Shown here: positions 12,286 to 25,215 of the stretch, in pieces
How the letters are laid out: every line of letters begins with the position of its first letter
How positions within the stretch are numbered: position 1 is the stretch's first letter
From: Octopus vulgaris
Lineage: Eukaryota
Assembly: GCA_951406725.2 (NCBI GenBank)
Contig: OX597818.1
Location: 83,266,001 to 83,330,000 of the forward strand
Length of the DNA: 64,000 nucleotides
Direction: 5' to 3'
Made by a program: the position numbers and the translations under genes
Notes under the pieces: model-generated
What the model was told of the DNA's origin: nothing
What the model saw: the letters and a program-made list of their open reading frames with translations, nothing else
Databases searched by the model: none

Positions 12286-12559
12286 ATATATATATATAGT
12301 GAAGAATGGTAAGTTCTGTATACATGTGGTATAGGTATATAAGAAAGAAATGAAAGTGAAGTGTCACAGGAAGATTGTGCAGTAAAATTTATTATGATAT
12401 TAGGATCATATTACCTCGTTACATTTTCGCAAATTATATATGTACCGGTTTCATGTTAAAAAGGATTGTTAACTTATATAGAGAAAACTTTTTTACAGTC
12501 AGTAGGACGCCATCTTTGAAAAACGTGAACAGAGATGAAGCAATAGGTCAAGGGGAGCA

Positions 12560-13040
12560 ACTCTCATTTTTTCATGAAGCACTTCAGTGTTTTTGCGGTA
12601 CATCACGTAGTTGAGACGGTCGGTCTTCGACAATGGAGCTGTGATGAGCTGTCAAAACGAAGATCGTTTAGGGACTGCCTTGACGTCAGCCCGAATGACG
12701 GTGTCAGAATACCTTCAGCCTACGGTTTCGAGGTTTCTCACAGGCGTTCATGACTGAGGTAATGGTACAGGGCCAACGATCATCATAAAAAAAAGTGTCC
12801 CACTTGCTAGATGAACTGCAGTATTCTTGGAGTCACTGAACAATTTGAATGATTTTATTTTCCCCTTGATGCAGCTGAAACATTAATCCCAGAGGTTTCC
12901 AATACAACTTCATCTTTGTGCACAAAAGAGCTTGCAACGTATAGAATGTTTGTAATTTGTACATGGCTCTGTACCGTACACGTACCCAAAACAACCGCTA
13001 ATCTTTTCATTTCTTGTGTCAATATTCTATCTGTCATGGA
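12560..13040 (-). pseudogene. Possible highly decayed gypsy-type integrase remnant
   Basis: Broken frames give IVGPVPLP and TAHHSSIVED..SQLR, loosely resembling the DIVGPLP and TAYHP...VERFHRQLK integrase motifs; many stops. Confidence 0.3.
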
Positions 13041-13143
13041 GATCTGAAAGAAACTGAAACTGTTTCATTGCTTTGGAAACAGTAATGTATATATATAATT
13101 CAAACCCAGTGAACAGCAATGACGATACCGGTTTGACTTTGAA

Positions 13144-13375
13144 AAGGCGGCGAGCTGGCAGAATCGTTAGCACGTCGGGCGAAATGCTTAGCGGTATTTC
13201 GGCTGCCGTTACGTTGTGAGTTCAAATTCCGCCGAGGTCGACTTTGCCTTTCATCCTTTCGGGGTCGATAAATTAAGTACCAGTTAGCACTGGGGTCGAT
13301 ATAATCGACTTAATACCTATGTCTGTCCATGTTTGTCCCCTCTATGTTTAGCCCCTTGTGGGTAATAAAGAAATA
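13144..13375 (+). mobile_element. Intact monomeric family-B SINE with a 14-bp TSD
   Basis: Full head, core and tail; ggtttgactttgaa is duplicated at 13130-13143 and 13376-13389. Confidence 0.92.
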
Positions 13376-13644
13376 GGTTTGACTTTGAATCTCCCTAACA
13401 ATTCAAAATAATGAATTCAATTATTCTTAATTTTACCACAGTTCATCTAATTGTATTAATTTATCACTACTTTTCATAAAAAAATAGCGCCTTTACTTTT
13501 TTGATATTCAATGTGCATTTTCGCTCTTTTTCTTCTTACATTCCCCATATCTTTTCCACGTGTAGTTTCAATTTTCTTTTACCTTTACCTTTACCTACAC
13601 TCACTCTTGCACACATATATATGTATCCGTGTAATATCGATTTC

Positions 13645-13790
13645 AAATTTTGGCACAAGGCCAGCAATTCCGAAGGAAACGACTCTAGTGCGTAACCTAA
13701 GTGGAATTTGACCTCAGAATGTTAAGACGGACGAAATGCTGCTATGTATTAGGACCTGTGGGCTAACGATTTTACCAGCTCGCCGCCGTT
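13645..13790 (-). mobile_element. Decayed family-B SINE
   Basis: Reverse complement ggcggcgagctggtaaaatcgttagc...ttgctggccttgtgccaaaatttgaaa. Confidence 0.65.
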
Positions 13791-14231
13791 GTATTAGTTG
13801 TAATATCAAGAAAGAATTGCACGATGTGCTAAGCCTAAATTGACGCAACTCTCTCTCTCTCTATCTATCTCTCTCTCACACACACACGGATATACAAGCA
13901 CGCATACGCACCCATGCGAGCGTATACAAACCCATTCACACACGTATAAAATGAATGAAGAGCCCATGAGCTTACTGGAGATGAAATATGTTGTAAGATG
14001 TTTGAAATTAGATTAATTCGTTAGCTTCTTGAAGAAATCTCTTGAAGTTATGGTATAATGGAGACTAAGCTCCTAAATTAACTCTTACATCTAAAATACT
14101 ATAACCTCCTACCCCTTCTTTTCTTCTTCATATTACTCTTCTTTCTTTCTTTTACATCTTTCTCTTCTTTTCATTTTCATTTGCTCTTTTCTCCTTTTCG
14201 CCTTTTACTTTTCCGTCCTCTTCCTCCTCCT

Positions 14232-14315
14232 CCTTCTTCTTCTTCTTCTTCTTCTTCTTCTTCTTCTTCTTCTTCTTCTTCTTCTTCTTCTTCTTTTTCT
14301 TCTTCTTCTTCTTCT
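14232..14315. repeat. (TTC)n microsatellite
   Basis: Direct reading. Confidence 0.95.
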
Positions 14316-14659
14316 TTTACTTCCCGCCCCTCCTACTCCTGTTTCTCCTCCAACCCTTACTCTTACTACTTCTTTTGTGCCCTTAATCTGTGTGTATGTG
14401 TGAGTGTGTGTTTGTGTTTGTCAGTTTATATGCAAAAATATATACGTGTACTTTTCGCTGTACATTTTAATCACGTAAAAGCAGACAAACGCACACATAT
14501 ACATACACCTATACACACACCTATACACACACACCTATACACACATACACGCACACAAAGACACAAGCACACACACTCAAAGAGATAGAGGGATATTGAC
14601 AGAGAGGTGGATCAAGCGAAAGATAGAGTGTGAAAAACAGCAGGATAGCTAGACAGACA

Positions 14660-14855
<196 letters not shown>

Positions 14856-15439
14856 GACAGACAGGCAGACAGAAAGAGATGAAGTGAGAGAAAAAAGAGA
14901 GTGAGAGAAAGGAAGATTCAGAGAGGGAGAGAGTCCCACGCATTCTTATTTCGTATATACCCTGCGGTCCTGTTTTCTTTCCATCCTGCATTTACGAAGA
15001 AATTTGTGAGATATGATTGACTCCTATGCACTATATTTCTATTCAAGTTTGTGATGATTTAATATTACAATTACTTTCCTAGTGATTTACAATTATATTC
15101 ACGAAATAATATGTTATATCATTTCAACAATATCGCTATAAGAACGATGTAAATAACTGCATAATAAAAGATGCATGTGCATCTTTCTCCGTTCTCCTGA
15201 TATCTATTAATTTTATTATTTTCTCTACGGAAACAATACAGACTTATGAGGATATTCGGATTTACCAAGTGAGCAAAAACTGAGTAGAATAAATTTTAAC
15301 TAAAGTGAGTTGCGCAACACTCACTGTGACTAGCCGCCATTAAAAACCGGTTAGAATTAAAACGGAATTCGCCAGGATCATATATCCCTCAAAAACATTT
15401 TTTGGAAATACTTTGGAAATACCATTTTGGGAAATAACC

Positions 15440-16450
15440 GTGACGTATCAAAATTCAACCTTGCAAGAAGGATTTGCATCATGGTATCCGAAACAATTAC
15501 TTAAAAAAGTACTCCCGGACAGGCACTACCCAGCTCAATTCATAAATGAAGCAATTAAACGCGCAAAATCGATTAATATTAAAGCATTAAGAAAACCCAA
15601 ATACAACAACACATTTCCCATCAAATAATTAACGTATATCTCGACATAAAACCACAGAAACAAAAAAGCATTCAGTATCATCGTCCAAAATCTTCCAATA
15701 CTCTATAGGGACCCCACACTTAAGGAGATTCTATGTAACCATTCAGAGCAGCAAAAAGCCTAAAACATTGAAGGACATTCTTACCAATGCTAAAGTACTC
15801 TCTAGAACAACGAACGCCAGAGTCGTAAAGTGTGGTCGCCCTCATTGCGGATCATGTTCCAATCTGTTGGAAGGATCGGAATTCCATTTCAGACAAGGAC
15901 AAATATTCAAGTTCAAATCTAACTTCACTTGCGCCTCCCAAAACCCCATTTACGTACTGCCGTCGAAATTATATTAGATCTACATGAAATTCGGTCCGAA
16001 AGAGATGTACGGTCCAGAGACAACAAATTTCCTACCCACAATATCGCGAAATATACCTCAGTCAACACATCGACGAATGTACAGAACGATTACGACCACA
16101 ATTCGAAATTTTCCCATTTTGTCAACTTGCCACCTGGACATCAACACGAGTAAGACTGAATAAAGAAGCCTCATTTATCCAAAAATATAAACCATAATTA
16201 AATACGAAATCATATTAAAAATAAAGAACTTACCCCAACTAATGGTAGATGTAAGCCAGAATACAGCAGAGAACACACAGACACAATAAATAAAATTAAA
16301 TTACAGATTTACCTCCCGTCTACTGCAAAACAAATGAATGAACAATTATCTTCCCTAGCAATATTTTTTCTCTAGCATTTTATGAGTTTGATGAGCATAG
16401 CGAAACCGGTCTTTACTTCAATTACGTTGAAAGAACAAAACCTTATTGTG
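15440..16450 (+). mobile_element. Decayed Penelope-like element 3' part (thumb, Cys linker, GIY-YIG end) with downstream hammerhead
   Basis: YPAQFINEAIKRA, LKDILTNAK, CGRPHCGSC, NFTCASQNPIYVL and RLNKEASFIQKYKP, in broken frames. Confidence 0.75.
16383..16415 (+). ncRNA. Minimal hammerhead-like motif (C3->U variant) in the PLE 3' region
   Basis: UGAG-UUUGAUGA-GC(AUA)GC-GAAA-CCGG-UC-UUUA, with palindromic ACCGGU stem III. The same position and form recur at 51476-51514. Confidence 0.55.
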
Positions 16451-16542
16451 TACAAAAGTGTATAATATCTTTATTATCATGACTCTAATATACTTTTAAA
16501 TCCTGTAAAACAAATCTTCTGTGTTTTTTCATCTTATCTCTT

Positions 16543-16642
<100 letters not shown>

Positions 16643-17029
16643 TATATAGATATATCAATATATATATGTGTGTGTGTGTGTGTGTTTGTATATAAATGTG
16701 TGTGTGTGTCTCTGTGATCGACCGCACGTGCTCAATGTTGGGGTTCAGCTTGTTCGATGGTTCACAGTCGTATAACGCTTTGGTGAAGAATCCCTCATAG
16801 CATTGGGTTTTCAAAGACCAGACTCTCACAGATATGCCAAACGACTCAGACCAATCCCATTCAGGAATGTTGGATAACGATATTGTGATCGGTGCAGGTG
16901 GAACGACTTGTCTTGTTTGTCTATGATTTTAAAGCGTTTGCACATCCAGTGCTATGAGGTAGTCACTGCTATGCCGCAGTTAAGCAGCAAACAAGAAGAA
17001 CACACAGATCGAGTATGTGGGGTTGATAA

Positions 17030-18335
17030 TGTTTACAACACTAGCGCTGCTTTTAAATCCTAATTGAGTTATAACTGGATGTTGAAACACTTAATGAATC
17101 GCTCAAACGGGGATATGATAAATCTCGATTTTGTAAAGGCCTTTATTACGGTCTATCACTGGATGAGATGTCACAAGCTACAGAGATTCTGCATAATCAT
17201 AAATATGGGTTAGTGGTTGCAAGACTTCTTAAAAGACAGAAGCTAGTCATTGGCAATGTGACAGCCAAAGGGGCCCTTTCTAAGGAGAGAGTAGTAGAGA
17301 GTACTGTCCCTCAGGGAACAATATTGGGGACGCTGCTGTTGATAGTGGCTCTTTCAGACGAGACATCAGTTACACAGACATCCACGCTAACTAACTCGTC
17401 TGACGACACAAAAGCAGTACGAGCAGTCAAGGAACCTTATGATGCTAATTTTCTAGACAAAGACCTCGATGCCATATATAAATGGTACTGGAGAAAGCAA
17501 CATGCAATTTAATGCTGGTAAATTCCAAACCCTCCGCTACCAGCTACCAGTCAATTGGTGCTGAGAAGCTGAAACAATCATAATGTAGAACAAAAGAGAC
17601 GGCAATTCCAGAGTCACGTACAGTGTGTAATCTGGGAAGTGATATGAGCAACGTTGCCTCGTTTCACGTACACATAACCAAGACGGTGACAGTGTGACGG
17701 CTAGTGGCCGTATGGATTCTGAGAAGCTATACTGGTTTTATATAGGACATTTGAACACAGGCGTCTGGACTACTGTCCTCAACTGTGGTCACCTTATAGT
17801 GTCAAATTAATAGAAGAATTTGTGGCAGTTCAGCGGTGCAGTACCAGAAAGAGTGCATCAATAGAACAACTGAACTACTTGGAGAGACTGATAGAGCTAC
17901 AACTTTACTCTTTGGAGCGAACACCAGAGTGGTATGCAGTGATATATGTATGGAAGATCCTGAAGAGGCCGGCACAAAACTTTGGTATCACGAGCTATGC
18001 CAGCTTTCAACTGAATGTCACATTACTGTTCCAAAGGTCCCAGCTATTCCGTCTTGTTATTCAAGGGCCCACAGTTGTTTCATGCCTTTGCCAAAGCATC
18101 TGAGGGAAGTTCATGGTGCAGAAGTAGATGTTTTCAAAACACAACTTGACCTACTGTTATTCAAGATCCTTGATGAATTTATATCAAGCAGGAAACTCAA
18201 AAGATGGCAGCAGTGTCGAAGTCTCTCCCTCACCAAATCCAAGCACATAAGATTTGTCATTGACAAGGTTACGCTGGTGGAGCTCCATCCGACATGGACG
18301 CCGCGTGATGGCTAAAACGTATGAAAGAATGAAAT
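17030..18335 (+). mobile_element. Decayed CR1-like LINE (RT to 3' end)
   Basis: DMINLDFVKAF, VPQGTILGTLL, DDTK, LDYCPQLWSP, LQLYSLER and FKTQLDLLL; the tail resembles 62500-62545. Confidence 0.8.
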
Positions 18336-18363
18336 CATATATATAAATATATATATATATATA

Positions 18364-19214
18364 CGAGGTCTGATGAATAAGCATCCGGACTGTTGCTATG
18401 GTAACGAAGCTAAAGCACGCGAAGTAGAGCCGCTTGGCACACATCGATCTTCAACTCTGCTGTGCAAGACGTGCTTGCAAAGAAGGTGTGTAGCGTGTGA
18501 TCGTCGCATTGACCATGACAGAGACAGTTGCCATAGCAATACCTGCTCACAGGCCTACGCAAAGTTGCAGAAAGTGTATGGAGAGGAATGCATAAGCTGC
18601 ACACAAGTGTACGAGTGTTTCAGACGCTCTCAAGACGGTCGAAAAAATTTCGATAGTGAAGAACGTTCTGGAAGACCCACAACCAGCAGAACTGAGAAAA
18701 ACATCACAGATGTGCGTGCAGCTGTGAGGGAAAATCGTCAAATCACCATCAATGAGTTATCAGAGGAAGTGCAGATTAGTTACGGTTCACTTCAGTCCAT
18801 TATCAATGAACATTTGGGTATGAGATCCGTGTGTCCCAAATTTGTGCCGAAACTGCTTCAGTTGACCAAATAGACACTTGGGTTTCAGTGGCACATGATC
18901 GCCTTAATTGTGTAGAGATCGATGAAAACTTTTTGAAAAATTTGCGTAGGCCTCTGAGCAGCCATCGCCAAGCTTCCAGCAAAATTTGATGCAAATTCTC
19001 TGCTCAACTTTCTCTGTCATGATCGATGCGACAATTACATGCTACACACGTTTCTTCCAATCACGGGTGTAAACAGCTGAAGTGAGCTAGAATTTTAAAA
19101 ATTAAAGCGCATGCACAGCAGAGTTCAAGGTCAATTTGTGCCAAGCGGCTACACTCTCCGTGCTTTAACTTCATTACTCTAGCAACAGTCTGGATAATTA
19201 TTGATCACACCACG
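18364..19214 (+). mobile_element. Internally deleted mariner transposon with ~105-bp imperfect TIRs and TA TSD
   Basis: The ORF at 18373-18873 carries the HTH region YGEECISCTQVYECFRRSQDGR...RSGRP...GMRSVCPKFVPKLL (WVPxxL linker). The ends are inverted copies of each other. Confidence 0.88.
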
Positions 19215-19329
19215 TATATAAATATATACTCGTGGTGCCAATATCATTGACATTCTGAAAAATATTTCTGATAACGATTTCATTGATATACTGTCTCAAC
19301 CCTGTTATAAAATACTTTGCTATATAGAC

Positions 19330-20100
19330 TTTTAATGCTTTTTCAACTAGGCATTTTTTTAAGGGAAATTCTTTGATGTTTTAAAAACTTTTTGGAAGCT
19401 ATGAATAGGAGTATTCAGTTTTTTCCTCGTCTTTAGTTGTTAGTAATTATCTACCTTTTCGTAATTGGTCTTATCTTTTAGTTAATATCATATAGCAGTT
19501 TTGTAGTGTTCAACATTCATGATAATTACAGCTCTTCCCTTAATTATAATGTCATAATTTTTTTGAGCTCTTGTATAAATTTTCATTCCTTTCAACTAGT
19601 ATTGGATTTAAGTTTGGGGGTTTTGAATTTTTTTTTTTATGGGAAGGTGGATGAAAAAATCTCAAAATTTATACAATACTTCATTCCTAACTTTCGTAGG
19701 TTTGTAACTGCTTGCTTCTTACAACTGATACCTACCTATTTTCCTTATCAGATAATTATTCTGTTTGGCGCAATTTTCCGTGAAATATTGTCCTGTATTT
19801 CATTACGGTTACAGGATTTTGTTATTGGAGAAAAAGTTTAGGTGTTTTGAGAGACTATCAATTTCTTGTACTGAAATATTTCTATTTTTGTGTGTAGGTT
19901 CATTAACTTTGATCTTTCGACTTCGGTTTGTACCGCCAGGTCTCGAGAATTGTGTCAGCAAGGTCTAAAACACGATCTTTCAAATTAGTCCTTATATTTA
20001 TGCATCCATTGATAATTTCTGTATTATTATTATATCTTTTGTAGTGATTGTGTACATTTGTTGGTCTGGATTTTGGTTGTCTGTCTTTGTAATTGTTTAC
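19330..20100 (-). mobile_element. Decayed PLE N-terminal/RT-start fragment
   Basis: KGRAVIIMNVEHYK..., an inverted homolog of 20943-21155. Confidence 0.55.
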
Positions 20101-20510
20101 CATTTTTTTTTTATATTGGCTGTGTATTTTGTAGACTCGGTTCCGGAAAAAATTGCAGTCTAGAAGGAGTTAAAACTTAGATAATTATCGTTTGATTATT
20201 TTACTTCCAGAGTATTCTGGAATGGTTCTTATGGATTTGGTGAATATAACTCACTTTTTGCTAATTGTTTAGTCGTTTCAGAATGAAATTTTTGAATTTT
20301 GATTTTTTTCAGGAATGGGTTATCTGTACTATATTCGTTTTTGAAATTAAATTTATAAGTGGTGAAACAAAGAGCACTTCTCGTCTATCGTGGAGGAGAT
20401 GTTAAATCTTCCTTTTTCCACTTCTCTCTCTCTCTAAACTTTGATTGTATTTTCCTGAAGTAGGCCTTCACATATGCTTCAAATGTCTATTTTTGCATTT
20501 GTGCTCACAC

Positions 20511-20585
<75 letters not shown>

Positions 20586-20749
20586 TGTGTGTGTATGTGT
20601 ATGCGTCTGAGTCATAGTGTGTGTGCTTGTATGTGTGTGTATTTTGTACGTGTTATTGTGTTTGTGTGTGTGTGTGTTTATGTGTTATGTGCCTATCTGT
20701 CCGTGTATATGTGTATACAAGTGTGTGTGTATATGTGTGTTTGTGCATG

Positions 20750-20945
20750 TGTGATCTTCGCATCTATATACCCCAACACCGCTTCACAACCGGTGTTGAT
20801 GTTTTTACCTTAACACCGGCTGTCAACCGATTCGGTAATTGGTAATAATAGAGAGACGGACTTAAAAGAAAAAAGAAAAAAAGCAAGTACTAGAGTCAAG
20901 GTGGTGCCCCTGTATGGCCGTAATCTAATGACTGAATCAAGGAAA
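20750..20945 (+). mobile_element. SINE family A, 3' fragment
   Basis: cttcacaaccggtgttg...ggtggtgcccctgtatggccgtaatctaatgactgaa. Confidence 0.6.
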
Positions 20946-21155
20946 AGGAAGCAGATAAGGGAAGAGCTGTAAATATCACGGATGTTGAACACTACAAAAC
21001 TGCTATAAGAACTAAACTAAAAGACAAGACCTATTACGAAAAGGTAGATAATTACCAACAACTAAAGACAATGAAAACAGAGAACTCCCATTTATAGCTA
21101 CCAAAAAATCTTTAAAAATCAAAGAATTCTACTTAAAACAATGCCTAGTTGATTC
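20943..21155 (+). mobile_element. PLE fragment with the KEADKG motif
   Basis: KEADKGRAVNITDVEHYKTAIRTKLKDKTYYEKVDNY matches the conserved PLE (K)xADKG motif that precedes the RT. Confidence 0.65.
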
Positions 21156-21567
21156 AATCTCTATAAAATTCAATTTCTATAAACTGCTTACGTCAATTTT
21201 CAGCTTTCCGTCCCCAAATATTACTATGTTGAAAACGTTCAATGACTTCGCATCAAACACTAGGCATGTATATATGTAATATAATCACAAATGACGTAGA
21301 TATTAGTAAACAAAAACTGGATTCACACTGGGAATTGAACTCGTGTTGCTGAGTTTCAAGTAATGTCAAGTTATAGATATTTGTGTTTGTAGGAACTTGA
21401 CTTCTTCAGTACACATATAAACACACACACACACACACACACATACACACACACACACACACATATACGCATATATAAACTTGTATACGTGCGTATATAT
21501 ACATATGTTCGTATATACATATATATGTATGTCAATACACATATGCTCGTATATACATACATATATG

Positions 21568-21615
<48 letters not shown>

Positions 21616-21774
21616 TTTCTGTATCTACATATAAATATGCATAAATAAATATATATGTACACATATACATATATATAAATGAATAAATATTTGGATATAT
21701 ATATATATATATAATTATGTATCTATATATATGAATATATATTTATATTTATATATATTTGTATATCTATAGAC

Positions 21775-21807
<33 letters not shown>

Positions 21808-22789
21808 CATGTATGTATATATATATATAAATACAAGTATGCATACATGCATAAATGCGTACATATATACATACATCATACATACAAACAAACATACCTA
21901 CATACATACATGCATACGTACATACATACATACAGACATACATGCATACATACACACAGAAATACTGCGCTTGCGTAAATTTCTTCTCTCCATTAATATC
22001 ATATATGTCTTTCTTTCAAAGTCCGTCCGTTCACTTTGGCTCACGAACACTAACCACCCTACTGTATACCTCAGCTGATTTGCACTATTTACATTTTAGC
22101 GATGCTGCCATTTTTATGTATATTTTATCTCTAGATGATAATTAATCATAATAATAGGAGACATCTATTTTTTTCCTATGTATTGCTTTCTCTTTTTGAA
22201 GTCGAATTATTGTTAGTTCGTATTTGCCATTGTTTTCTCTGTATTTTACGTTTATAAACACTCAATACTCTTGTCCGTTTGTGTTTGTTATTTTTTTATT
22301 TTTCGATAATGAATCAGCAATCAAATTGATTTTATATATATTTTTATTTATTTGTAAATAGAAATATACTGAATTACCCAATCAAAATAATATGCTCCCT
22401 TGTGAATGAATTATATCTCTTTTTTTTCTTTTCCACCCGAAAGAAATGAGTGAATAAAGCTGTTGTTAATAGAATGACTGATCACCTCGTGAAATTATTT
22501 TTGCTGAGCGTTGAAACTCTTTCGTTGAAAATTTCCAAATCTGTTAAAATTTCAAATCTGTTTTCTATTTTCTTCTTGTAATATGTATTTGCGTGTCAGT
22601 GTGCGTGTGCGCACGCGTGTGTGTGTGTGAGTGTATTCTAATATAATTTATCAACTAGGACATTTTACATTTAAAATCTATTTAAACATGATTGGGCTGA
22701 TATTATTTATTTCTTCTGGAATAAAATGGGGTAATTAATACGTTATACTAGTACAACTAGTATTACGTATTACATTTTATTTTTTATTT

Positions 22790-23500
22790 AAGTCATTTAC
22801 CGGCATCTATCCGGCCATGCTGGGGCACTAGATATCAGGTTTTAGTCGGTCAAATCTGCCCCGGTAATTAATATTATAGCGAGTGGTAATGCTTCCATCT
22901 ATTCCTTTATCGAACCGCTAAGTTAAGGGGATGTAAACAAGCCAATAAGAGTTGTCATGCGGTGTAGAGGTCCAGCACAAGCACAAAGACATACACAAAT
23001 TACCATCCATGCACCTGCCCATCCTTCCGTCCATCCATCCATCCATCCATCCATCCATCCATCCATCCATCCATCCATCCATCCATCCCTCCATCCAGCC
23101 AGCCATCCTTCTATGCATCTGCCTATCCAATCATCCGTCCAACCAATCATACATACGCGCGCGTGTGTGTGTGTGTGTGTATATCTTTTATCTGTTATCT
23201 TTTACTTGTATCACTCTTTAGACTGAGCCCAAGGTGGAGTACCGCACTGAAGAGAAGAATTTTAGTTCAACGAATCGACCCAAGTATTATTTGGTCATCT
23301 ACTTTGCCGCAAATACGCCAACGACGGTTGTCGAGTTGTGGTGGTGGACAAACACAGACGCAAATAAACACACACATACACACACACACATATAGATATT
23401 TACGACGAGCTTCTATCAGTTTCCGCTTACCAAATCCACTCACAAATGCCACACAGTAGGACTAAACCCGAAACCAAGTGATTAGGAAGCACATGCCTCC
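22790..23500 (-). mobile_element. Two decayed family-A SINE pieces with expanded internal (TCCA)n and (TG)n
   Basis: ggccatgctggggcac, aaccgctaagttaagggg, acgacgagcttctatcagtttccg. Confidence 0.6.
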
Positions 23501-23618
23501 ACAGAGTATATATGAGTTTTCTTTTATTTTCCAAATTTTAGGCGAAACTTAACCTTTATTTCGTTTTTGGATTTGGTTTGCAAGATTCTTTATATGAGTT
23601 CCTGTGTTAAAGCATATA

Positions 23619-23830
23619 CTGTTGTGTCTGGGGTAAGTCATTCACTTTTAGTGCCTTATTATTTAACACACTCACCGGTAAAATTTCCACTTATTTCTTA
23701 TTTTTATTTTCTAAAATTTTCGTTGCGTCTTGCATGCTTTCCAATAGTCTTGACTATAGTGGAAATTTTACCGGTGAGTGTGTTAAATATTAAGGCACTA
23801 AAAGAGAATGACTCTCCCCAGACACAACAG
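23619..23830. repeat. 73-bp imperfect inverted repeat with a 66-bp spacer
   Basis: 23619-23691 matches the reverse complement of 23758-23830. Confidence 0.9.
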
Positions 23831-23930
23831 AATTAACCTTTATTCTTTTATTCTTTTATCTATTCCAGCCATTTGATTGCGGCCATACTTCATACTCGAA
23901 CACAAACACAAAGGAGAGTATATCCACTAA

Positions 23931-24037
23931 GAGGCGGCGAGCTGGCAGAAACGTTAGCGCGCCGGGCGAAATGCTTGGTGGTATTTCGTCTGCCGTTACG
24001 TTCTGAGTTCAGATTCTGCCGAGGTCGACTTTGCCTT
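23931..24037 (+). mobile_element. 5' half of a family-B SINE
   Basis: gaggcggcgagctggcagaaacgttagc...gaggtcgactttgcctt. Confidence 0.85.
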
Positions 24038-24135
24038 CAATGCTGCATTTGGCCGTATCACATGATTCAACTTAACTGCAGCATATACAAAAACTATGCC
24101 ATTTAAATCCCGAGCAGTGCCTGGATTTCCTATTT

Positions 24136-24166
<31 letters not shown>

Positions 24167-24439
24167 GTGTATATATATATATATATATATATTCACTAAG
24201 AGTTTTTTCCTATGTTCAAAAATCCCCCCACCCACTTTTTCCGTGACAAGGTCAGGGTTTGGAATCTTTTAAACAGATGGATGACATATCATTTAACCGA
24301 ATGACCCCTTCATTTACTCCCCAAATGTCTTGCCACCAATGCCGCATTTGGCCGTATCTCATGATTCAACTTAACTGTAGCATATATAAAAACTATGCCG
24401 TTTAAATCCCGAGCAGTTCCTGGATTTCCTATTTTATAT
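24038..24439 (+). repeat. ~100-bp direct repeat pair (24038-24140 and 24337-24439), each ending in (TA)n
   Basis: Near-identical caatgc(t/c)gcatttggccgtatc...cccgagcag(t/g)..ctggatttcctattttatat. Confidence 0.9.
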
Positions 24440-24440
24440 G

Positions 24441-24512
<72 letters not shown>

Positions 24513-25151
24513 CATATATATATTACTCAATCAGATTCCAACTTAGTCTCATGTTGATGTTTTATTATTTTCAATTTTTACAATTTTACAATATAGAAAT
24601 AAACTAGTATTTTCATGCGTTACTTGAACATCAGGTTTTTGTAGGGACAGTCATGTTCTACAAGTGAAAACTGTGGGCCAAGACTGTCACTACATAAAGA
24701 TGATTGTGTAACGTATGAAAGTGCGATTTAATTTCAATATTGTAAAATTGTTACAATTGCAAATAATAGAACGTGAAAATCAGAGTTGGAATTTCATTGA
24801 TCGACTTATTCTTCTATACACAGTCATACAAACTCACATATATGTCTACACACACACATACATACATACATGTATATATGGTGGGGTACATAAACATAAT
24901 AGATTTATCTAAACAATAGTCACACACACTTATATATGTATATATATGCATACACACACATATATATACATACATGCATATATGAATATATGCATGCAAA
25001 TATATATGTTACTTTCAATTCTATGTGTGATATTCGTCATACGCCTCATAGAGTAATGTTATTCATGTTTCCACACGCATATACACATGTGTACACTGAG
25101 GCATACATACATGACAGAGATAGATAGATAGAAGTAGATGGATAGATATAT

Positions 25152-25215
<64 letters not shown>

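Noticed and set aside
12855-13043. Host exon (splice-acceptor-like tttctttcag, and weak resemblance of LETSGIN to an RNA polymerase subunit)
   Set aside because: The similarity does not extend, the frame closes quickly, and no partner exons are visible; a decayed retroelement is at least as likely.
18369-18380. CTGATGA motif
   Set aside because: It is part of the mariner TIR.
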